This document shows, piece after piece, positions 59,310-64,000 of a stretch of 64,000 nt of DNA (positions within the stretch are counted from its first letter, which is position 1; each line of letters begins with the position of its first letter). Where the stretch lies: assembly GCA_000092065.1 (NCBI GenBank), contig CP000589.1. One strand, given 5' to 3'. The notes under the pieces are model-generated. The model was given only the letters and a program-made list of their open reading frames with translations, was not told where the DNA came from and ran no database searches. A program made the position numbers and the translations under genes. The DNA comes from Ostreococcus lucimarinus (lineage: Eukaryota).

Positions 59310-60392
59310 TCATTCGAAACAAAACGGTAAGGTGATGACGGACTCGGCATCGCGAGCCGGAAATTTCAACTCCAACAGCGCGCTCGCGATGTCGAGCATG
59401 ATGGCGTCGCGAATGTCCGTCTCACTCGGGAGCTCGGGCAAAGGAATCGGCGTCAGGGTATCGCACGTCCATCGTAGATTGGTCACCGCACCATCTGGAG
59501 CTACGGTGAGCGCGGCGCAAACCATGCCGCTCGCTCGGGGAAGCTCGACGAGACGTCCGTACAGTTCCCCGAGCGCGCCCTCGAGCGTCGGCGACGCGTC
59601 CTCCTCCGTCAATGCGCCAGAAAACGACGGTTCGGGGTCTTTAAACCATCCGTGTAGTACCAACCTTCCGTGCCTCGGATCTTGAGTCCCGAAAACTTCA
59701 GTGACGCCGTGCGGTAGGCGCGGGTCGAACGCCACGAGACGCCCAAACGTCGGCGCGATGGTCTCCATGATTTGCGACCGCTCGACGACCTCGCCGGCGT
59801 CAAAATTCTTCCAATAATTCAATCGCTCGGGGCGCATTATTTGCGTTTCACCGCCCCTAAAATGTGCGCCGTACGACCCATCCTCCGCGTCGTTCTTTGT
59901 CAAACTGAGCACGAAGGCCCACGGTCCGTGCGGCACATCGGCGTGCAACTCTTGCCGCATCCCGTGCACGTAACACGACATCCACACCGGCGTGATCGCC
60001 GAGCATCCCAACTCTCTCCGTCCGTACTCCAACAGCGCCTTTTCCAACTCGCCGTACCGCTCGGCGCCGAAATAGTCCTCCGCGGGCGTTCGCAGCAGCG
60101 TGTACTGATTCGGCACGTGCCAGTAATCCCACACGAACCGCTCCGGATCCACGCGCAGCGGATCGCGCGTGCGTCCATCGTACACGGCGCGCAAATCGTT
60201 CGCGAAATCGCTCACGAAGCCATCGACGACGCGCCAGTGCGTCGGTTTTTCCGCGATTTCCACGTCGAACCCAGCGTCCGCGTCGTCCTCGTTCGTCGCC
60301 CTTCGCGTCCCGCGCGCGCGCCGCGAGCGACGGCGCGTGCGCACCGTCGTTCCCGACGCGCGCGCGCGCGCGACGCTCGACAGCGCCGACAT
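59310..60392 (-). CDS. hypothetical protein, possible 2-oxoglutarate/Fe(II)-dependent oxygenase-like fold
   Basis: 360-aa ORF. Candidate HxD...H iron-binding arrangement (HADVPHG ... RLPHGVTEV) within a predicted beta-rich core. Weak evidence. Confidence 0.35.
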   Translation of the reverse strand: MSALSSVARARASGTTVRTRRRSRRARGTRRATNEDDADAGFDVEIAEKPTHWRVVDGFVSDFANDLRAVYDGRTRDPLRVDPERFVWDYWHVPNQYTLLRTPAEDYFGAERYGELEKALLEYGRRELGCSAITPVWMSCYVHGMRQELHADVPHGPWAFVLSLTKNDAEDGSYGAHFRGGETQIMRPERLNYWKNFDAGEVVERSQIMETIAPTFGRLVAFDPRLPHGVTEVFGTQDPRHGRLVLHGWFKDPEPSFSGALTEEDASPTLEGALGELYGRLVELPRASGMVCAALTVAPDGAVTNLRWTCDTLTPIPLPELPSETDIRDAIMLDIASALLELKFPARDAESVITLPFCFE

Positions 60393-60489
60393 GCGCGCCG
60401 GCGTGCGCGGTTTCGTCGCGGTTTCGTCGATCCTTTACATCAATTCGCGACGCACCGCGCGGCGTCGCGTCGCGCGCCCGTCGCGCGCG

Positions 60490-61314
60490 ATGCCGCCCAA
60501 GGGAAAGACGAATCTCCTCGCCGCGCGCATCAAGCGCGTGATGCAAAAGGACGAGGACGTGGGAAAGATCGCCGGCCCGGCGCCGATCGTCATGGGCAAG
60601 GCGTTGGAATTATTCGTCAAGCAGCTCGTGACGACGGCGAACGACGTCGCGGTGCTGCACGGGAGCAAGACGGTGAACGGGAGTCACCTGAAGGGCGCGG
60701 TGGCGATGGTGCCCGAGGCGTTCGATTTTTTGAGCGACATCGTGGAGAAGGCGAAGGATTTGGGACCGCCGCCGGATCTGCGCGCGGTGGAGGCGGAACT
60801 CAAGGCGGCGGTGGGGGGGAAAGGGAAGAAACGAGGGAAAAAGGAAGCGCAGGGAAGCTTGGGGGACTTGGATTTCGGCGGTGGGTCGTTGGATGCGGAT
60901 GATGGAGAGGATGAGACGGCGTCCGCGAAGCGGAAATCAAAGGCGAAAACCAAGGCGAAGCCGAAAGCCAAAGGACGAGCGAAGAAGGTTAAGAAGGAGG
61001 AGGATTTCATCGACGACGATGACGAGGAGTTCGTGGATGAAATGAGTGAAACTGATGAAGAATTTGATGCCGATGCGCCCGTGGAGCCGAGGGAGAAGCC
61101 GACGCGCGCGAGGTCGTCTCGCGCGACTCCGAAGAAGTACGTGGACGATTTCGTCGACGAAGACGAAGAAGACGAGGAGGCGCCAGTGAATCCCAGCGCA
61201 AAGGTGAAGGAGGAGCCCGTCGGTAATTTAGGCTCGCTTGATGTTCCGTTCGCTGGTGGATCGCTCGCGGCGGCGGCGCCAGACGTGGGCGAAGACGAGG
61301 ACGATTACGACTAA
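60490..61314 (+). CDS. histone-fold CBF/NF-Y-type protein, NC2alpha (DRAP1)/POLE4-like, with long acidic/lysine-rich tail
   Basis: MPPKGKTNLLAARIKRVMQKDEDVGKIAGPAPIVMGKALELFVKQLVTTANDVAVLHGSKTVNGSHLK is the H2A-like histone fold of NC2alpha/NF-YC. K-rich then D/E-rich C-terminus. The ORF extends upstream to 60169 (not counted). Confidence 0.6.
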   Translation: MPPKGKTNLLAARIKRVMQKDEDVGKIAGPAPIVMGKALELFVKQLVTTANDVAVLHGSKTVNGSHLKGAVAMVPEAFDFLSDIVEKAKDLGPPPDLRAVEAELKAAVGGKGKKRGKKEAQGSLGDLDFGGGSLDADDGEDETASAKRKSKAKTKAKPKAKGRAKKVKKEEDFIDDDDEEFVDEMSETDEEFDADAPVEPREKPTRARSSRATPKKYVDDFVDEDEEDEEAPVNPSAKVKEEPVGNLGSLDVPFAGGSLAAAAPDVGEDEDDYD

Positions 61315-61451
61315 TAAAGACTGGGCGCGACTAGCTCTAGCGACCGCGTGTGTACAATCATGTTGATTAAGAAATATGAATCTTCACTAGCGCTGGATAT
61401 GAAACAAGGAAAGATTCTAGCCGTATGTGCTGCGCAATTATGCTGCGAGCT

Positions 61452-61487
61452 GTGCGTGCGTGCGTGCGTGCGTGCGTGTGTGCGTGC
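61452..61487. repeat. (GTGC)n tetranucleotide microsatellite in the convergent 3' intergenic/UTR region
   Basis: gtgcgtgcgtgcgtgcgtgcgtgcgtgtgtgcgtgc between the stops at 61314 and 61507. Confidence 0.9.
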
Positions 61488-61506
61488 TTTGGTGGGGCGC
61501 GAGCCC

Positions 61507-63228
61507 TCACGAGCGCGACTTCTCCAGACTCTTCGGTCGTAGTTGACTACCGTTGCGCGTGTTGATCTTCCAATCCATCTGATCGAGATTGACTGAAAAG
61601 AATGGGTGAGCCACCGCCTGATTCGACGTCAAGCGTCGCTTGGGGTCGAAATTGAGCAAGCGACTAATCAAATCGTAAAACAACTCTCGCGCCTCGCCCG
61701 CGAGCTGCTTGTCGATCAAGTTTCGAACGATGCCCGTTTTCCCGAGCGCGGCGTACGACTCGTTGTCAGTTTGATCATTTGGCCAATTCAACGATCCGTT
61801 GGTCGTGAAAAACTCGCTGTGCTTGTCCTTGGGCGCGCGTCTCGCGACGGCGACGGGGATGGCGCTTTCGAGGGCGTGTTGCATCATGGCCAAGTGCTCG
61901 AGGTTATCGTGGGTTTGAAATAACGCTTCACCCGTGAGAAGCTCGATCATTATGCATCCGATGGACCACATGTCGCACGGATACGACCAACCGAGGCCAA
62001 GAATGATTTCAGGGGCGCGGTAGTGTCGCGTCGATACTACGGCGCTGTGATGCCGTTCGACAAACGTCGTGCTCCCAAAATCAATCAAGCGAATCGTATG
62101 ATCGACTGGGACGCGATACGTGGCGTTTTCGAGGTACGAACTCGACATCAAGAGAATATTCTCGGGCTTCAAGTCCGTGTGCACGAGTCCGAGCGTGTGC
62201 AAGTATCGCACCGCTACGAGCGTCTGCTCGCAAAAGCTCTGCACCGTCTTCGGATGAAATGGCTTGTATCGATTCGATCGCAAAAAGTCATACAGACTCG
62301 GTCCGCACTTATCAAACACCATGCACACGTGTCCTTGATAATCGAACGCCCGCCTGAGCGCGATGCAATTGAACCGTTCGCCATCCCTCCGCGACGCGTC
62401 GCCCTCGGCGAGCGTCTTCAAGACTTCGATTTCCACCATCGCCGCGTCGCGATACTTTTGTACGTTTCGAATCACCTTGATCGCGCAGCGTCGCTCGGAT
62501 ATCGCGTCCCAGCATTCCAAAACCCTACCGAAAGTCCCCTCGCCGAGCAAAGAGATGATCTTGTACTCATTCGTCAGCGCGTCCCCGAGCGCGTATCGCA
62601 GGTGCCCATCGGCGTCGTTCGCTCGTCCCGCTCTCGCCCGCGTCGTCTTCTTTTCCATCTCCACGTTTCCCTCGATGTAAAACCGGGTCAGCTTGGTGCG
62701 TTTCGAGCGTGCATCGATCGTCGCCACCGCGGGCGGCGTATCTCCGTACGGCGTCCCCGTCATCGCGTCGCTCGACACCGTCGCCCCCCCCCGACGTCGC
62801 CTTATCTCCGACGCCTCCCGTCCCTCAAACAACACCTGCACCGCGCCCCCCTCCCCGCCCTCGCTCGACGTCGACGCCCCCGACGACGACTTCGACGATC
62901 GTCTCGAGCTCATCCCTCGCGTCGTCGTCGTCCCCGATCGCTTCCGTTTCCCTCCCTTCGTCGTCGGCGCCTTTTCCTCGCGTCCCGCGTCGTCCCGCGT
63001 CTCCATCGTCTTCCCCCCCTCTCCCATCGCGTTCGCCGTCTTCGCCCTCCGCCGCGCGCTCGCGCGCTTCCCGAGATCTCCCCCCATCGTCACCTCGCAC
63101 CCCGACGTCCCCGTCGTCGCGCTTCGCGTCGCCGTCGTCGATCGCGTCGCGCGTCCGCCGTCTCGAATCGCTCTCGCGTCGTCTCGAATCGCGCCTCCCG
63201 CGCGCGCGCGCCGCGTCGTCCCGCCCAT
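61507..63228 (-). CDS. LAMMER/CLK dual-specificity protein kinase with N-terminal RS/low-complexity region
   Basis: Kinase subdomains (HTDLKPENILL, DFGSTTF, STRHYRAPEIILGLGWSYPCDMWSIGCIM). LAMMER-like EHLAMMQHAL motif. Confidence 0.8.
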   Translation of the reverse strand: MGGTTRRARAGGAIRDDARAIRDGGRATRSTTATRSATTGTSGCEVTMGGDLGKRASARRRAKTANAMGEGGKTMETRDDAGREEKAPTTKGGKRKRSGTTTTRGMSSRRSSKSSSGASTSSEGGEGGAVQVLFEGREASEIRRRRGGATVSSDAMTGTPYGDTPPAVATIDARSKRTKLTRFYIEGNVEMEKKTTRARAGRANDADGHLRYALGDALTNEYKIISLLGEGTFGRVLECWDAISERRCAIKVIRNVQKYRDAAMVEIEVLKTLAEGDASRRDGERFNCIALRRAFDYQGHVCMVFDKCGPSLYDFLRSNRYKPFHPKTVQSFCEQTLVAVRYLHTLGLVHTDLKPENILLMSSSYLENATYRVPVDHTIRLIDFGSTTFVERHHSAVVSTRHYRAPEIILGLGWSYPCDMWSIGCIMIELLTGEALFQTHDNLEHLAMMQHALESAIPVAVARRAPKDKHSEFFTTNGSLNWPNDQTDNESYAALGKTGIVRNLIDKQLAGEARELFYDLISRLLNFDPKRRLTSNQAVAHPFFSVNLDQMDWKINTRNGSQLRPKSLEKSRS

Positions 63229-63694
63229 CGCGCCGCGGGCGTCCGCCGACGCGTCTCCGCCGTCGAGCGCGCGCGGTCGAGTCGCCCGCGCGTCGTCGCG
63301 CGCGTCGTCGTGCGCGGATAACGTCGACTAATCCAAAGCCGCGGTGCGGCGCGCGCGCGCCGTCGGGCGAATCCGCGTCCGCACTGTTTGCGCATACGCA
63401 TATGGCTCGATCGACGCGTCGATGGAAAAATCGCGATCGATCGACGACGCGAGGTTCGCGATCGATCGCGCGAAGTGGGTCGATCCGTCGATCGCGCCGT
63501 CGCGCGCGACGGTTCGCGTCGCCGAGGCTGACGCGCGGCCGCAGTGCGCGACGACGCGCGCTGCGATCGCTACTTTCGAGGGCTCGAGGTCGTTCGACGA
63601 GATCGCGCGAGCGAGCTGTCCCTCCTTCGCGTCCTCGCGTCCTCGCGACGACGCGACGATGCGACGACGACGACGCGCGCGCGCGGCGACGGCG

Positions 63695-64000
63695 ATGGCG
63701 ATGGCGATGGCGATGGCGACGGCGACGGCGACGCGCGCGAGGGCGCTGGAGACGGACGCGGTGATGAGGGCGATCGACGAACGGGCGTTCGCGACGGAGG
63801 AGGGCGCGAGGCTGGCGTTCACGCACGACGTGGACGCCGAGCGGCGAGCGATCGACGCGAGCGGCGCGGGCGTGGACAGCGATGGGAAAGGGAACCCGGG
63901 AATGATTTACGCGCGCGTGTTCGACGGGAACGGCGCGTCGGGGTTTCGGTTGGGCGGGGAGGACGCGCTGTGCGTCGCGCTGAGAGCGCCGCCCGAGGCG
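63695..64000 (+). CDS. 5' part of a gene running off the window end, beginning with (GCGATG)4(GCGACG)3 hexanucleotide repeat encoding MAMAMAMATATAT
   Basis: Open frame to the window edge with gene-like codon usage (…IDERAFATEEGARLAFTHDVDAERRAID…). No family recognised. Confidence 0.25.
   Translation, partial: MAMAMAMATATATRARALETDAVMRAIDERAFATEEGARLAFTHDVDAERRAIDASGAGVDSDGKGNPGMIYARVFDGNGASGFRLGGEDALCVALRAPPEA

Noticed and set aside
62709-63826. Long overlapping ORFs on both strands (351 aa plus, 333 aa minus) opposite and beyond the CLK kinase
   Set aside because: Arg/Pro/Ser low-complexity translations of GC-rich sequence. The real gene is the kinase on the minus strand.
1-64000. Searched for CRISPR arrays, rRNA, tRNA genes and transposon termini
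   Set aside because: No regularly spaced direct repeats with unique spacers. No rRNA-like conserved blocks. No convincing tRNA cloverleaf (no GTTCGAATC-type T-arm contexts found by eye). No transposase/integrase ORFs.

Overview
The window is GC-rich (about 70% GC in most genes), gene-dense, mostly intronless nuclear DNA of a eukaryotic green alga; the gene content and compaction suggest a Mamiellophyceae/Micromonas-like genome (inference). I can support about 40 protein-coding genes on both strands with short intergenic spacers. They include ALG11, a TrmL-like tRNA methyltransferase, DcpS, an ankyrin-HDAC fusion, OLA1/YchF, an Rsm22/METTL17-like methyltransferase, an S9 glutamyl-endopeptidase-like peptidase, a MAP kinase, PIG-L, a U-box/WD40 E3 ligase, a 3R-Myb, DnaJ proteins, Tic20, a UBC9-type SUMO E2, a DEX1-like FG-GAP protein, a selenocysteine glutathione peroxidase, an Orai channel, mitochondrial ATP synthase delta (one intron), a CFAP58-like coiled-coil protein, NC2alpha-like histone-fold protein and a LAMMER/CLK kinase. 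I found no rRNA, tRNA, CRISPR array or recognisable transposon. The most interesting part is a roughly 11.5 kb compositional island (about 13.3-24.9 kb, GC falling from about 70% to about 50%). It carries a glycan-biosynthesis gene set of bacterial flavour: a nucleotide-sugar transporter, a TylC3-like sugar C-methyltransferase, a three-domain nucleotidyltransferase-HAD-choline-kinase-like fusion (MurU/MupP/AmgK-like), tandem type-II membrane protein paralogs and a GT25 glycosyltransferase. This island is also riddled with segmental and tandem duplications and flanked by direct repeats. A second notable item is a GPX gene whose catalytic residue is encoded by an in-frame TGA (selenocysteine).
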